Positions 11,250 to 21,714 of a stretch of DNA of 64,000 bases are shown in pieces. Location: contig OZ245365.1 in the NCBI GenBank assembly GCA_965226495.1, positions 4,768,001 through 4,832,000 on the forward strand. The letters run 5' to 3'. The notes beneath the pieces are model-generated. The model did not search any database. It saw nothing but the letters and a program-made list of their open reading frames with translations, and was not told where the DNA came from. This DNA is from Candidatus Marinacidobacterales bacterium. Its GTDB lineage: Bacteria; Acidobacteriota; Vicinamibacteria; Marinacidobacterales; DATDRI01. Position numbers and translations under genes: made by a program. Within the stretch, counting starts at the first letter, position 1; the number at the start of each line of letters is the position of its first letter.

Positions 11250-13196
11250 ATCAGGTAGCGAGGGGCGGTTGCCCACCCCCGGCTCCTACACCACCGTGCG
11301 TACGGTCCGTACACGGCGGTTCAAGAAGAACACGCAAGCCTCCGATGCTCGGCGAGGAAGCTCAAGAGACCGTGAGCGTGCAAATAACGAGTAGGGATGG
11401 CCTGGTTCATGTGAGACGCGCCGGCGTTCCACCACGGACCGTGGCCGTTGAAGGCGGAAACGCTAGCTGGAGCCTCAGCCAAGCCACGCGCCATGAGCCC
11501 TCGCCCGCCGGGTCCAGGGTCGCTTCCACTGCCTCCATAACAAGCAGCGCAGCTTCCGGCGAATCCACTTATCCAGCTCCTCGAAGCTCACACGCACGTC
11601 CGACATCCGAAAATACGCCACCCAACCGCGAATCACCGGGTTGAGTTCCTGGATGACGTGGTCGAGCCGACGGCCGCGACCGCGTCGAAAGACCAGCTTC
11701 AGTTTCTCCTTCAGTCGTTTCACCGACTCCGGAGCCACTTTCAGCCAAGGCGTACGGTTCACCGTGACGCTATACCCCAGAAACTTCCGTCGCCAGGGAC
11801 GCGCCACCGCGCTTTTGTCCCGGTTCACCTTGAGCCGGAGCCGCTCCCACACAAACGTCTCCAGCGATGCCTTCACTCGCTCGCCTGCTCGCTGTGACGC
11901 CACGTACACGTTACAGTCGGCGGCGTAGCGACAGAAGCGATGACCTCGTTTTTCGAGTTCCTTATCTAGCTCGTCGAGCAAGACGTTGCTCAAAAGCGGA
12001 GACAGCGGGCCGCCTTGCGGCGTCCCTTCGCTTCGGGCTGACACCACTCCACCCTCCATCAGACCCGCTTGCAGATACCGGCGAATCAGACGAAGCACCT
12101 GTTTGTCCTTCACCCGTCGCGCGACCCGCAACATCAGAATGTCGTGGTTCACTCGGTCAAAGAACTTTTCCAGGTCCAGATCCACAACCCACCGGTAACC
12201 CGCCGCGACATGAAGCCGCGACCAGCTCACCGCTCCCAGAGCGCTCCGCCCCGGACGGAAGCCGAAGCTCCAGTTCGAGAACGTAGACTCGAAGATCGGG
12301 CTGAGGACCTGAAGCAGGCCTTGTTGGATCATTCGCTCCAACACCGTCGGGATACCCAGCCGGCGCGTTCCTTTCCCTCCCGGCTTCGGTATCTCTACAC
12401 ACCTTACCGGTTGAGGTCGGTACCCACCGCTTCGTATCTCTTCTCGGAGGCGCGGCCAATGCGCCCGACAGTGCGCCATGAGCTCGTCGACGGTCATCCC
12501 GTCGAACCCAGCCGCTCCACCGTTTGCAACTACCCGTTGGTACGCTTTCAGCACGTTCTCTCGGCGAAACACCTCCTCGATGAGCGACCGAGCCTCGGGT
12601 TTGGCTTTCTCTCCACGTGCCGTGAGTGCTTGACGCGCGGGGGTCGTACCCTCAGCGGTTCCGCCGCCTACTTTCCGACTCCGCTCCGGCTTCTCAGCCT
12701 TCTTCTCTACGTCTTCTTCACTCATCGAACGCTTCGAGCCAAATCGGCTCCTCCTGTTAGGCCCTTCACCGCTGTGCGCGGCGGCTACTATGGCCTCGGC
12801 TGACTTCTGCTCCTCCTTCGCTACGCCTCTCAGCGGCGCTAGCCACAACGGCAGATGAGCAGACCTCCCAGGGTAAGGCGCGTGACTTTCTTCCCATACA
12901 CCCGTCGCATTTACGCCCCTTCCGTCCGCATGGCATCGGGCTTCGGGTCTTCATGCCCCCTCGCCCACTTCCAGGACGCCTCTATGCGCTTCGTGTTCCT
13001 CGGACACCGGGAGTTTGCTTACAGCTTCCTTCCCACCTCACCTCGCGGTGACGCGGTTGCTGTTCGGCTAGGGGTTCCTGCCATCGAGACCCCCAGAGGA
13101 CTTCCCTTGCGGGGCACCTCCTAGTCACTTCCCGTTTCGCTTTCGCTCTGCGGTTGACAGCGCCAGTCACGGCGCTGCGCGCCATGCCTGGCGCAC
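11250..13196 (-). mobile_element. Group II intron, class C (IIC), degenerate
   Basis: 5' end GTGCGCC at 13196 immediately after a terminator stem and U-tract; domain V GAACCGCCGTGTACGGACCGTACGCACGGTGGTG; domain VI ending CTACCTGAT at 11250. Confidence 0.92.
11321..12725 (-). pseudogene. ltrA: Group II intron reverse transcriptase/maturase, inactivated
   Basis: RT motifs GIPT, DLEKFFD, GTPQGGPLSPLL; catalytic YADD changed to YAAD; frameshift near 11500 separates the tail LMARGL..NGHGPWWNAGASHMN..ACSS*. Confidence 0.85.
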
Positions 13197-13197
13197 A

Positions 13198-13235
13198 TAA
13201 AAAAAGGGGTGAAACGGCTCGCCGTCCCACCCCTC
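13198..13235 (-). terminator. Rho-independent terminator of the TPR gene; intron target site
   Basis: AGGGGTGGGACGG-cgag-CCGTTTCACCCCT followed by a U-tract. Confidence 0.85.
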
Positions 13236-13304
13236 AAAAGAAACTTCTTCTCTCTGGACTCTCTACCCGCAGTGCTCTTTTCTTATAGGAGGTCTTGGGG
13301 GGTC

Positions 13305-14312
13305 TTAGGAGGTCTCCTCAGTGCCTGATGCCGCCGCTCTCGCCGCCTCTTCCTGGGCCTCCTTCTTGATCTCCAACGCCTGATCACGTAGCGCGTTCGC
13401 CTGCTCCTCTAGCTCGGCCCTTCTCCTGGCATTCGGCTCGATCTTCGCTTCCTCTCGCAGCAGCAGATTCTTGTACACGAGCGCGTCAACGTACTGCTCG
13501 TTGAGCTCCAAGGCCTTGTCGAGCTCCTCCTGCCCCAGAACGATGTACTCTTTCCTCTGCGTGTTCGTTAGGTCCGGATCGCGGTACACCTTGTCCCAAT
13601 AGTGCGTGGCCACGATGTAGTAGCCCTCGGGATCGTTGGGGTTGACGTCCCGGGCCCTATTCTGCCACTGCATGGTCTCGTCGAACCGCCCGTACTTGTT
13701 CAGCAGGGCCGCTACGTGCCGATATCCCACCGCGTCCTCCGGGTTCCTCACCACCGGCTGCTGATACGCCTCGATGGCCTTTTCGAGAAGGGGCAGCTCC
13801 TCCTGATCGTCGAAGCGCTCGTACAGATCACCGAGAGCGTAGTACCGTTCCGGCTTTTCCGCATCCAGCGCGATGAGCTCGAGGTAATACTCCTCGGCTA
13901 CCTGGAAATCGTCCTTGATGTCGCGATAAATGGCACCCAGCTGCTCGTAGGCGTACTGTCGAATGGGATCCGCCTCTTCCGTGATATCCAACGTTTTCTC
14001 GTAGAGCTCGATGGCCTTTTCCAGATGGGCATTGTTCTCCGGATCGTCCTTGGTCGGGCGGTAAATTAAGTGATGCGAACTACCCAAATAAAAAAAGGCG
14101 GGCACGATCACTCGCGGATCCCCCTCCGGGTCCAGCTCGAGCACCCGATTATATTTCTCGATGGCCACCTCGTAATCTTTAGCGGCGTATGCGCCGTTGG
14201 CTTCTTTGAAGGCTTGCCGCGCCTTGAGCATGTTGAGTTGCCCCGAACATCCGCCAATTGCCAGAGCACCAACCACGATGACTCCCACGACGTAACCACG
14301 GTGGGTCTTCAT
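13305..14312 (-). CDS. Tetratricopeptide-repeat lipoprotein
   Basis: Lipobox-like ALAIGGC; multiple TPR helices. Confidence 0.85.
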   Translation of the reverse strand: MKTHRGYVVGVIVVGALAIGGCSGQLNMLKARQAFKEANGAYAAKDYEVAIEKYNRVLELDPEGDPRVIVPAFFYLGSSHHLIYRPTKDDPENNAHLEKAIELYEKTLDITEEADPIRQYAYEQLGAIYRDIKDDFQVAEEYYLELIALDAEKPERYYALGDLYERFDDQEELPLLEKAIEAYQQPVVRNPEDAVGYRHVAALLNKYGRFDETMQWQNRARDVNPNDPEGYYIVATHYWDKVYRDPDLTNTQRKEYIVLGQEELDKALELNEQYVDALVYKNLLLREEAKIEPNARRRAELEEQANALRDQALEIKKEAQEEAARAAASGTEETS

Positions 14313-14357
14313 AACCGTATCCCCCTTATTCTCATAGCCTTACGCAAACGGGGTTGT

Positions 14358-14386
14358 ATTATATTACGCGGTTTTCAGCAAGTCAA
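14358..14386 (-). promoter_or_regulatory. sigma70 promoter of the TPR gene
   Basis: TTGACT-N17-TATAAT. Confidence 0.75.
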
Positions 14387-14432
14387 GAAAAGGACACACC
14401 CCATTTCGCTCTTTCCGGACGCCATGTAGTGT

Positions 14433-14518
14433 ATGGCTCCTTCAGCAGTGCGGCGGGGCCCCACCCCCACCGCGGTCCCTTCGCCGGCAAGCGGCTTCGG
14501 GACAGCTGATGGCTCCTT
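14433..14518. repeat. Single ~76-bp module of the GGGGCCCCACCCCC repeat family
   Basis: Near-identical to 16810-16891 (reverse complement) and 33401-33483; bounded by direct repeat ATGGCTCCTT. Confidence 0.85.
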
Positions 14519-14595
14519 AGGTTGATCCTATAGTCCAGCCGGCCTATGATGGAGGGAGGCAAACCCTTTGGGTCTGGGAGTTTGCCCCCTCCAAC

Positions 14596-16761
14596 ATGAA
14601 CATGATTCGTTTCGAAGACATCCTGGAAAAGGTGCGCTCCTACCAACCGGAAGGAGACCTCGATCTCCTGCGACGCGCCTATGTGTTCTCGGCGCGAGAA
14701 CACCGAGACCAGATGCGGTTGTCCGGCGAGCCCTACTTGGTACACCCGCTGGCGGTGGCGGACATCCTCGCGGACATGAAACTCGATGTGGTCTGTGTGG
14801 CCTGTGGGCTGCTCCACGATGTGGTCGAGGACACACTGACTTCGCTGGATAGCCTCGAAGAACACTTCGGCTCGGAGGCGGCTCATATCATCGATGGACT
14901 AACCAAGCTCGGGAAGATTCAGTTTTCTTCCACCGAGGAGCACCAGGCGGAGAATTTCCGCAAGATGCTGATGGCGATGATCGATGACATTCGCATCATC
15001 CTCATCAAGCTCGCCGATCGACTTCACAACATGCGAACCCTCCAGCACTTGCCGGAGGAAAAACGGCACCGCATCGCCAACGAGACGCTGGAAATCTACG
15101 CGCCGCTGGCGGGCCGGTTAGGCATGGGGCGGATCCGGTCCGAGCTCGAGGATCTCTGCTTCCGCTTCCTCCAGCCCGAGGCATATGGCACCCTGGCCAA
15201 GCGCGTGGAATCGAAACGCAAGTGGACGGAAGGCTTCATCTCCGAAATCAAAAGCATCTTGGAGAAAAAGCTCACCGAGAACGGAATCCCAGCCGAAGTG
15301 AGCGGTCGCATCAAGCGCACCTATAGCGTCTACCAGAAGATGCAGCGCCAGGGCATCGAGCTGGACCAAGTCTATGACCTGGTCGCCCTACGGGTGGTTA
15401 CCGACACCGTGCGCAACTGCTACGGCGCCCTCGGCATCATTCACAATACTTGGCGCCCGGTTCCTGGTCGCATCAAGGACTTCATCGCCATGCCGAGACC
15501 AAACGGCTACCGCTCGCTTCACTCCAGCGTGATTCCTGCCTCCAGCGTTCCCTTCGAGATCCAAATCCGAACACCCGAAATGCACCAGATCGCCGAAGAA
15601 GGCATCGCCGCGCATTGGAAGTACAAGGAAGGCAAACCTCTCGAAGAAGGCGACGTCCGCAATTTCGCCTGGCTCCGCCAAATCATCGAATGGCAGCGGG
15701 AAGTCAAGGATCCGCACGAGTTCCTCAATAGCCTCAAGATCGATCTCTACCCCGAAGACGTCTACTGCTTCACACCCAAGGGTGAAGTGAAGTCGTTCGC
15801 GCGCGGCGCGACCCCCATTGATTTCGCCTACGCCATTCACACCGACGTCGGTCACCAATGTGTCGGCGCTAAAGTCAACGGGAAATTGGTCCCCCTCCGT
15901 TATCGGCTAAAGAATGGCGACATCGTCGAGGTCGTTACCACCGCCGGGCACCGACCCAGCCGCGACTGGTTGTCCTTGGCCGTCACCTCTCGCGCCCGTA
16001 GCAAGATCAAGATTTTCCTCAACACCAACGAGAAGCAGCGCAGCATAGAGATCGGCAAAAAGGTGATGGAGAAGGAAGCTCGCCGCTTCGGCCTGGCCCT
16101 CAAAGGCATCACCGAGTCCGAAGGGTTTCCGGAGCTCCTCAAGGATTACGGGAGTGGTAAGGCCGACGATCTATACGCGGCGGTCGGCTACGGTAAAGTC
16201 TCCCCCCGGCAAGTCATCGCTCGCTTCGTGCCGGCGGAGAAGATGGACAAAAAGGACGGTGCCAGAACCAGCCTCGCCCAGGTCGTACGCCGCGTTCTCC
16301 GCGTTCCGGAAGACAAAATCCTCGTGAGGGGAATCAACGATTTGCTGGTGTTTCGGGCCAAATGCTGCAATCCGATTCCGGGAGAGAAGATTACCGGCTA
16401 CATCACGCGCGGGAAGGGAGTATCGGTCCATTCCGTTAAATGTCCGAACGTGGTCAATCTGTTGTACGATCCGGAACGGAAGATAGAAGTCGAGTGGGAG
16501 CGTGACAGAGAAGCGAGGTACGATGTCACGATCTCGGTGGACGTTGACGACCGACAAGGGATCCTGGCGGATATCACTTCCATCATCGCCAGCAGCAACA
16601 CCGATATCCGAAACATCGAGGCCAAGACCTTCGAGGAGGATCACAAGGGGGCGATCGACGTTACTTTGTCCATCAACAACTTGAAACATCTGGAACGCAT
16701 CACTCGCTCGATTCTATCGGTCCAAGGCGTCCGAGACATCGCACGGCATACTCCCCACTAG
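14596..16761 (+). CDS. relA: Bifunctional (p)ppGpp synthetase/hydrolase (Rel)
   Basis: SGEPYLVHP, intact HD (LHDVVEDT), KLADRLHNMRT, AAHWKYKE, TGS and ACT domains. Confidence 0.95.
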   Translation: MNMIRFEDILEKVRSYQPEGDLDLLRRAYVFSAREHRDQMRLSGEPYLVHPLAVADILADMKLDVVCVACGLLHDVVEDTLTSLDSLEEHFGSEAAHIIDGLTKLGKIQFSSTEEHQAENFRKMLMAMIDDIRIILIKLADRLHNMRTLQHLPEEKRHRIANETLEIYAPLAGRLGMGRIRSELEDLCFRFLQPEAYGTLAKRVESKRKWTEGFISEIKSILEKKLTENGIPAEVSGRIKRTYSVYQKMQRQGIELDQVYDLVALRVVTDTVRNCYGALGIIHNTWRPVPGRIKDFIAMPRPNGYRSLHSSVIPASSVPFEIQIRTPEMHQIAEEGIAAHWKYKEGKPLEEGDVRNFAWLRQIIEWQREVKDPHEFLNSLKIDLYPEDVYCFTPKGEVKSFARGATPIDFAYAIHTDVGHQCVGAKVNGKLVPLRYRLKNGDIVEVVTTAGHRPSRDWLSLAVTSRARSKIKIFLNTNEKQRSIEIGKKVMEKEARRFGLALKGITESEGFPELLKDYGSGKADDLYAAVGYGKVSPRQVIARFVPAEKMDKKDGARTSLAQVVRRVLRVPEDKILVRGINDLLVFRAKCCNPIPGEKITGYITRGKGVSVHSVKCPNVVNLLYDPERKIEVEWERDREARYDVTISVDVDDRQGILADITSIIASSNTDIRNIEAKTFEEDHKGAIDVTLSINNLKHLERITRSILSVQGVRDIARHTPH

Positions 16762-17012
16762 CAGGGTGCAGTACGGTTCACTGCACTGCACTGCACTGCA
16801 CTCTGCGCGAGGAGCCATCAGCTGTCCCGAAGCCGCTTGCCGGCGAAGGGACGGCGGTGGGGGTGGGGCCCCGCCGCACTGATGAAGGAGCGAGCCCGGC
16901 CCGAGTGGGCCGACGACAGGTGCGCCGAGCGAGGAGCGAGGCGCCAAGCGCGCGAACGAGGAGTGAGCGCGCACTGATGCACCGGATGTCGGCTTTGTTT
17001 CAGACTTACCTA
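16759..17012 (-). mobile_element. MITE-like long copy of the repeat family, TA-flanked
   Basis: CTAG at both ends; reverse complement aligns with 33320-33520; internal (CACTG)n run. Confidence 0.75.
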
Positions 17013-17043
17013 GTCTCACACATCAAACGTAACGGGAGCACTA

Positions 17044-17427
17044 ATGGACAAAAAAGCCCTGTTTACCGACAAAGCCCCACGCCCCATCGGTCCCTATAGC
17101 CAGGCGATCAAAGCGGGGAATTTTCTTTTCATCGCCGGCCAAGTATCGCTGGATCCTGCCACCAATGAGTTCATTGAGGGCGACATCGCGGCTCAGACCA
17201 GGCACGCGATGGACAACATTATGGCGATCCTCGACAACGCGGGACTCGGATCTGAAAACGTCGTCAAGGCCACGGTGTACCTCGCAGACATGGACGACTT
17301 TGCCGCCATGAACGAAGTCTACGGCACCTATTTCAAGGAGACGCCACCAGCCAGGGCGGCTGTTGAGGTGGCGCGCCTACCGAAAGACGCTAAGGTCGAA
17401 ATCGACATAATCGCCCTAACTGCCTGA
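17044..17427 (+). CDS. ridA: RidA/YjgF family enamine deaminase
   Basis: [35 protein letters not shown]. Confidence 0.93.
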   Translation: MDKKALFTDKAPRPIGPYSQAIKAGNFLFIAGQVSLDPATNEFIEGDIAAQTRHAMDNIMAILDNAGLGSENVVKATVYLADMDDFAAMNEVYGTYFKETPPARAAVEVARLPKDAKVEIDIIALTA

Positions 17428-17507
17428 CAAAAACAGGCTCAGGATCCGAGCTAGGGTGTCGGGTTGAAAGAGAGCCCTTGAGGGCTGGCAGTACTAGGCG
17501 GGTTTGT

Positions 17508-17699
17508 TCACGCCGCTTTGACGACTTTGCCGGACCGGATGCAGCGCGTGCAGACGCGGATGCGTTTCCGAACGCCCTCGACGAGGGCATGAACCCGCTG
17601 AAGGTTCGGATACCACTTCCTTCTCGTCAAATTGTGGGCATGGCTAACCCGGTTGCCACTCAGGGGACCCTTGCCACAAATCTCACAAACTCTTGCCAT
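17508..17699 (-). CDS. rpmB: 50S ribosomal protein L28 (Zn-binding form)
   Basis: [32 protein letters not shown]. Confidence 0.95.
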   Translation of the reverse strand: MARVCEICGKGPLSGNRVSHAHNLTRRKWYPNLQRVHALVEGVRKRIRVCTRCIRSGKVVKAA

Positions 17700-17772
17700 A
17701 CTTCGTAAATCCTTTCCGCAACAAACGCCTATGATAACGGAGCTTGATGGTTGGTGCAAGTATTGGGAAATC

Positions 17773-17983
17773 TATCAGCGGCGTTGGGGCCCCACCCCCA
17801 TGCTCGTCGCTTCGGCAACCGGTGCCTGCGCGACAGCTGAAGGCTCCCCCGCTCGCTACTCGCTACGCGACTCGCTTCGCTCGCGCTGCGCTCGGGCTCA
17901 GGGCTGTTATCAGTGGCGTTGGGGCCCCACCCCCAACGCCCCATGCTCCGTCGGCAAGCGACTGCGCATGGGCTCAAGGCTGT
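17773..17983. repeat. Two tandem modules of the GGGGCCCCACCCCC family
   Basis: Both start TATCAG.GGCGTTGGGGCCCCACCCCCA (17773, 17908) and end GGCTCA.GGCTGT. Confidence 0.8.
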
Positions 17984-19416
17984 GCGCATTTCTCGCAGGG
18001 GCAGAGCTCTCGCAAACTACTGAAGCTGTATATTCCCGTATTGTGTCCGTCCGACCAGGAGGGCTGGATGGCGTAGTTCCCCACCGGATTGATACCGAGG
18101 GGACGGAAGTCCGACGGCAAGAGCAAGATGAGGTTCTTTCGCTTCCCTGTCCACTCATCGACACAAACCGCACAGGGACAGTGGTTGCGCAGCAGCTCGA
18201 ACGAATAACGCGAGTCGTGACCGTCCGCCCACACGATCCGTAATTTGCCCTCGCCTTCACTGATTTCCTTCGGCTTCGCCGAACTGCCACTCTCGTGGTT
18301 CACGACCGAGGCGGCGGCGGCCACACGTTTAGCGATCGTAAGATAGGCCTGAGAGGTGGGAGAGTCAGGATTCCTAGCCACGATCGGCTCGCCTTCGTCC
18401 CCGCTGGCAACGATTTCCGGGTCGATGGGGATACCACCCAGGAAAGGCAGGCCGAGCTCGCTGCAGATTCTTTGGCCTCCGCCCTGGCTAAAGATGTGAG
18501 TACGCTCCTGGCAGTGGGAACACTCGAAATAACTCATGTTCTCGATGATGCCGAGCACCGGGACCTGGACCGGTTGGAACATCCGAAGCCCCTTCTCCGC
18601 GATCGTGCGCGCAACGTCCTGGGGGGTCGTAACGATGACCGCACCGGTCAACGGCACACTCTGTGTCAGGGTGAGCTGAACGTCACCCGTTCCCGGCGGC
18701 AAGTCGATGATCAGGTAATCGAGCGCTCCCCAAGCGACGCCGGCGAGGAATTGCTGAATCAGCTTGGTGGCCATCGGGCCTCGCCAAATCACCGGAGTCT
18801 CCTTGTTGGTGAGTAGGCCCATCGACATGAGCTTCACGCCGTGGGCCTCCACCGGGATCAAGCGGCGATCCGGATCGGCCTCCGGTCTCTGGTCCACGCC
18901 GAACATCGTTCCTTGTGAAGGTCCGTACACGTCGGCGTCACACAATCCGACAGAAGCCCCCGTCCGTTGGAGAGCCACCGCCAGGTTCGCGGCGACGGTG
19001 GACTTCCCGACTCCGCCTTTCCCCGACGCTATGGCGATCATGCTCTGGATCTCCGACAACGGAGCCGCCTGGGCATGCTGGCCAGGCTGTCCGGCCGGTC
19101 TGGGATCGCGAACCGGCGGGGTCGAGGAAATCTGAACATTCACTTCTTCGATTCCAGGAAGCCCTTTGACCGCCGCTTCAGCGTCTGTCTTCAGCCGTTC
19201 TTTCACCAAACTCGCGGGTGAGCTGCGTTCTATATCGAAGCTAATAATGGGGGAGCAAATCTTGATGTTCTTCACGAACCCCAACGACACGATATCTCGT
19301 CGTAGATCCGGGTCCTGAACCGTTTTCAGCTTCTCTAAGACGTCGGCCTCATCAATACTGTCAGGTTTTCCAGACCTGTCAGAGGAGTCCGCGGTGTCGG
19401 CCTTGCCCTGCTGCAT
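17974..19416 (-). CDS. mrp: Mrp/NBP35 (ApbC) Fe-S carrier ATPase with N-terminal FeS-assembly domain and C-terminal DUF971-like domain
   Basis: ASGKGGVGKST, DADVYGPS, WRGPM, DLPPGTGD, ENMS-CxxC; tail CPCAVC..VGNYAI..WSDGH..GIY. Confidence 0.9.
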   Translation of the reverse strand: MQQGKADTADSSDRSGKPDSIDEADVLEKLKTVQDPDLRRDIVSLGFVKNIKICSPIISFDIERSSPASLVKERLKTDAEAAVKGLPGIEEVNVQISSTPPVRDPRPAGQPGQHAQAAPLSEIQSMIAIASGKGGVGKSTVAANLAVALQRTGASVGLCDADVYGPSQGTMFGVDQRPEADPDRRLIPVEAHGVKLMSMGLLTNKETPVIWRGPMATKLIQQFLAGVAWGALDYLIIDLPPGTGDVQLTLTQSVPLTGAVIVTTPQDVARTIAEKGLRMFQPVQVPVLGIIENMSYFECSHCQERTHIFSQGGGQRICSELGLPFLGGIPIDPEIVASGDEGEPIVARNPDSPTSQAYLTIAKRVAAAASVVNHESGSSAKPKEISEGEGKLRIVWADGHDSRYSFELLRNHCPCAVCVDEWTGKRKNLILLLPSDFRPLGINPVGNYAIQPSWSDGHNTGIYSFSSLRELCPCEKCAQP

Positions 19417-19528
19417 ATTCCCTCCGTGTGAATCGCCGACCATTATAGTCACAATGTCGACAGTCCCCCATTCGGAGCGGATCCCTCCCCTTGGCCTCAG
19501 CCGAGTCGCCGGACTATGATGTTGAGCG

Positions 19529-20455
19529 ATGCCAGCCATCCGTTGTCACAATCTCTACAAAACCTACGATGGGCACGTCGAGGCGGTTCGAGGCCTGGAC
19601 CTGACGGTCGAAGAGGGCGAGTGCTTCGGCCTTTTGGGGCCCAACGGTGCCGGCAAGACGACCACGATCGAGATCCTAGAAGGATTGCTCCCGCCTACCG
19701 CCGGCGACGTGGAAGTGCTAGGTCGGCGCTGGGGAGAGCACGATCAAGAGATCAGGGAACGGCTAGGGATCTCCCTTCAAGAGACCCAGCTCTCGGAGAA
19801 GCTCTCCGTCGCCGAAACCCTCAGCCTCTTCGGCAGCTTCTATCGGAGGCCTCGCGAAATGGACGGGCTGATGAAGGAAGTTGGATTGCTCGAGAAGCGC
19901 TCGAGTTGGGTGGGAAAACTCTCCGGGGGCCAAAAACAGCGCCTCGCGGTAGCGAGTGCTCTAGTCGGCGATCCGGAGCTCTTGTTCCTGGACGAACCGA
20001 CCACCGGGCTCGATCCCCAGTCGCGCCTACAATTGTGGGACATCGTTCGCGGCTTCAAGCGACGTGGCCGAACCGTCCTGTTCACAACCCACTATATGGA
20101 GGAAGCGGAAAGACTCTGCGACCGTGTGGCAATCGTGGACCACGGCAAGGTCATCGCGCTCGGCTCGCCGAACGATCTCATTGCGCGGTTGGGAGCAGAA
20201 CATGTGGTGGAGTTTTCGGTGGACCCCATGACCGGACTCGAGCCGGAGGCGTTTGCTTCTTTACCGGCGGTGCGCTCCGTGCATTTCGAGAACGGCATCG
20301 GCGCACTCACAGTAACCGAAGTCCACGTCGCCCTACCCGCGTTGCTAGAGAATCTGCGTTCTCAGGGAAAGAAGCTAGTGGGTCTTAGCACGCGACACGC
20401 AAGCCTCGAGGATGTCTTCGTCTCTCTCACCGGAAGGCATTTGCGTGATGATTAG
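19529..20455 (+). CDS. ABC transporter ATP-binding protein (ABC-2 type)
   Basis: GPNGAGKTT, LSGGQ, LDEPTTGLDP, TTHYMEEAE. Confidence 0.93.
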   Translation: MPAIRCHNLYKTYDGHVEAVRGLDLTVEEGECFGLLGPNGAGKTTTIEILEGLLPPTAGDVEVLGRRWGEHDQEIRERLGISLQETQLSEKLSVAETLSLFGSFYRRPREMDGLMKEVGLLEKRSSWVGKLSGGQKQRLAVASALVGDPELLFLDEPTTGLDPQSRLQLWDIVRGFKRRGRTVLFTTHYMEEAERLCDRVAIVDHGKVIALGSPNDLIARLGAEHVVEFSVDPMTGLEPEAFASLPAVRSVHFENGIGALTVTEVHVALPALLENLRSQGKKLVGLSTRHASLEDVFVSLTGRHLRDD

Positions 20456-21482
20456 ATTCCGACCCTTTTCCCAACTACTGACCGCTCGTTTGCGTGAGGC
20501 ACTCCGGGAGCCGGAAGTCATTTTCTGGGTCTTTGGGTTTCCCATCCTTATCGCCCTCGGATTGGGAATCGCGTTTCGCAACAAACCTCCGGAGCGAATC
20601 TCCCTAGCGGTGCAAGAGCACACCGAGGCGGCCGCGATCGTAGAGCTTCTGAACGAAAGTCCCCAATTCGACGCGCGGCTGCTCTCCAACCAGAATAGCG
20701 CCTCGCAACTTCGCCTTGGCAAGGTGGCACTGGTCCTCGTGCCCGGCCGCAGTTTCGAGTATCGATTCGACCCCAACCGGCCGGACAGCCTCCTCGCGCG
20801 GGCGCTCGTCGATCAATTCCTCCAAGAAGCCGCAGGCAGAGAGGACCCCATCGAGAAAATCGAAACACCGGTAAGCGAGCCCGGGGCCCGCTATATCGAC
20901 TTCCTTATTCCCGGTCTCATCGGTTTGAACCTTATGAGCGGGGGCATGTGGGGCGTAGGTTTCGTCACGGTGGACATGAGAAGCCGCAAGCTGCTCAAGC
21001 GCCTGGTCGCGACTCCCATGCGCAAGGGCGAGTTCCTCTCCGCATTGATCGCGAGTCGCATTGTTTTTATGTTCATCGAGGTCCTGCTTCTGCTCGCCTT
21101 TGGATGGCTGGTCTTCGACTTGGTCTTGCGAGGCTCGTTTCTCCTCACGTTGGCCATCGGTCTCTTGGGAGCGTTGTGTTTCGGCAGCCTGGGGTTGTTA
21201 GTGGCGAGTCGGGCCCGGAAGGTCGAAGCGGTTTCTGGACTCATGAATCTAGTGATGCTTCCTATGTTCGTCTTCTCCGGAATCTTTTTCTCGTCCGATA
21301 GGTTCCCCGACGTGATCCAACCTGTCATCCGCGCGCTTCCCCTATCTGCACTGAACGACGCCTTGCGGGCGGTCATCATCGAGGGGGCGGACTTCTCCTC
21401 CCAAATCGGAAGGCTCGCTATCCTAGTAGCGTGGATGGTGGTGAGTTTCGCAGTGTCTCTGCGAATTTTTAGATGGAGTTAG
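20448..21482 (+). CDS. ABC-2 type permease
   Basis: Six TM segments, YIDFLIPG, LKRLVATP; overlaps the ATPase stop. Confidence 0.9.
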   Translation: MIRFRPFSQLLTARLREALREPEVIFWVFGFPILIALGLGIAFRNKPPERISLAVQEHTEAAAIVELLNESPQFDARLLSNQNSASQLRLGKVALVLVPGRSFEYRFDPNRPDSLLARALVDQFLQEAAGREDPIEKIETPVSEPGARYIDFLIPGLIGLNLMSGGMWGVGFVTVDMRSRKLLKRLVATPMRKGEFLSALIASRIVFMFIEVLLLLAFGWLVFDLVLRGSFLLTLAIGLLGALCFGSLGLLVASRARKVEAVSGLMNLVMLPMFVFSGIFFSSDRFPDVIQPVIRALPLSALNDALRAVIIEGADFSSQIGRLAILVAWMVVSFAVSLRIFRWS

Positions 21483-21502
21483 ACAGGAAATTCATCAGGG
21501 GC

Positions 21503-21696
21503 GGACAGCCTTGAGCCCGAGCGCAGCGCGAACGGAGTGAGACGCGGAGCGAGTAGCGAGCGGGGAGAGCCGTCCGCCGTCGCGCAGGCACCGGTTGCCG
21601 AAGCGACGAGCATGGGGGTGGGGCCCCGTGCAACTGAGAGATTGCGGCCCGCGAGCGCTAATAAATGCCTGCAGGCGCGCCGGCTCAGGGCTGTCC
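21503..21696. mobile_element. Repeat-family element with 15-bp terminal inverted repeats
   Basis: GGACAGCCTTGAGCC ... GGCTCAGGGCTGTCC; body is the reverse complement of 17786-17907. Confidence 0.75.
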
Positions 21697-21714
21697 TTCG
21701 CCTCCGAGCACACC

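Noticed and set aside
11321-12725. RT as a retron, DGR or defence RT
   Set aside because: Group II intron RNA ends and domain V are present; no template/variable repeat pair or msr-msd is seen
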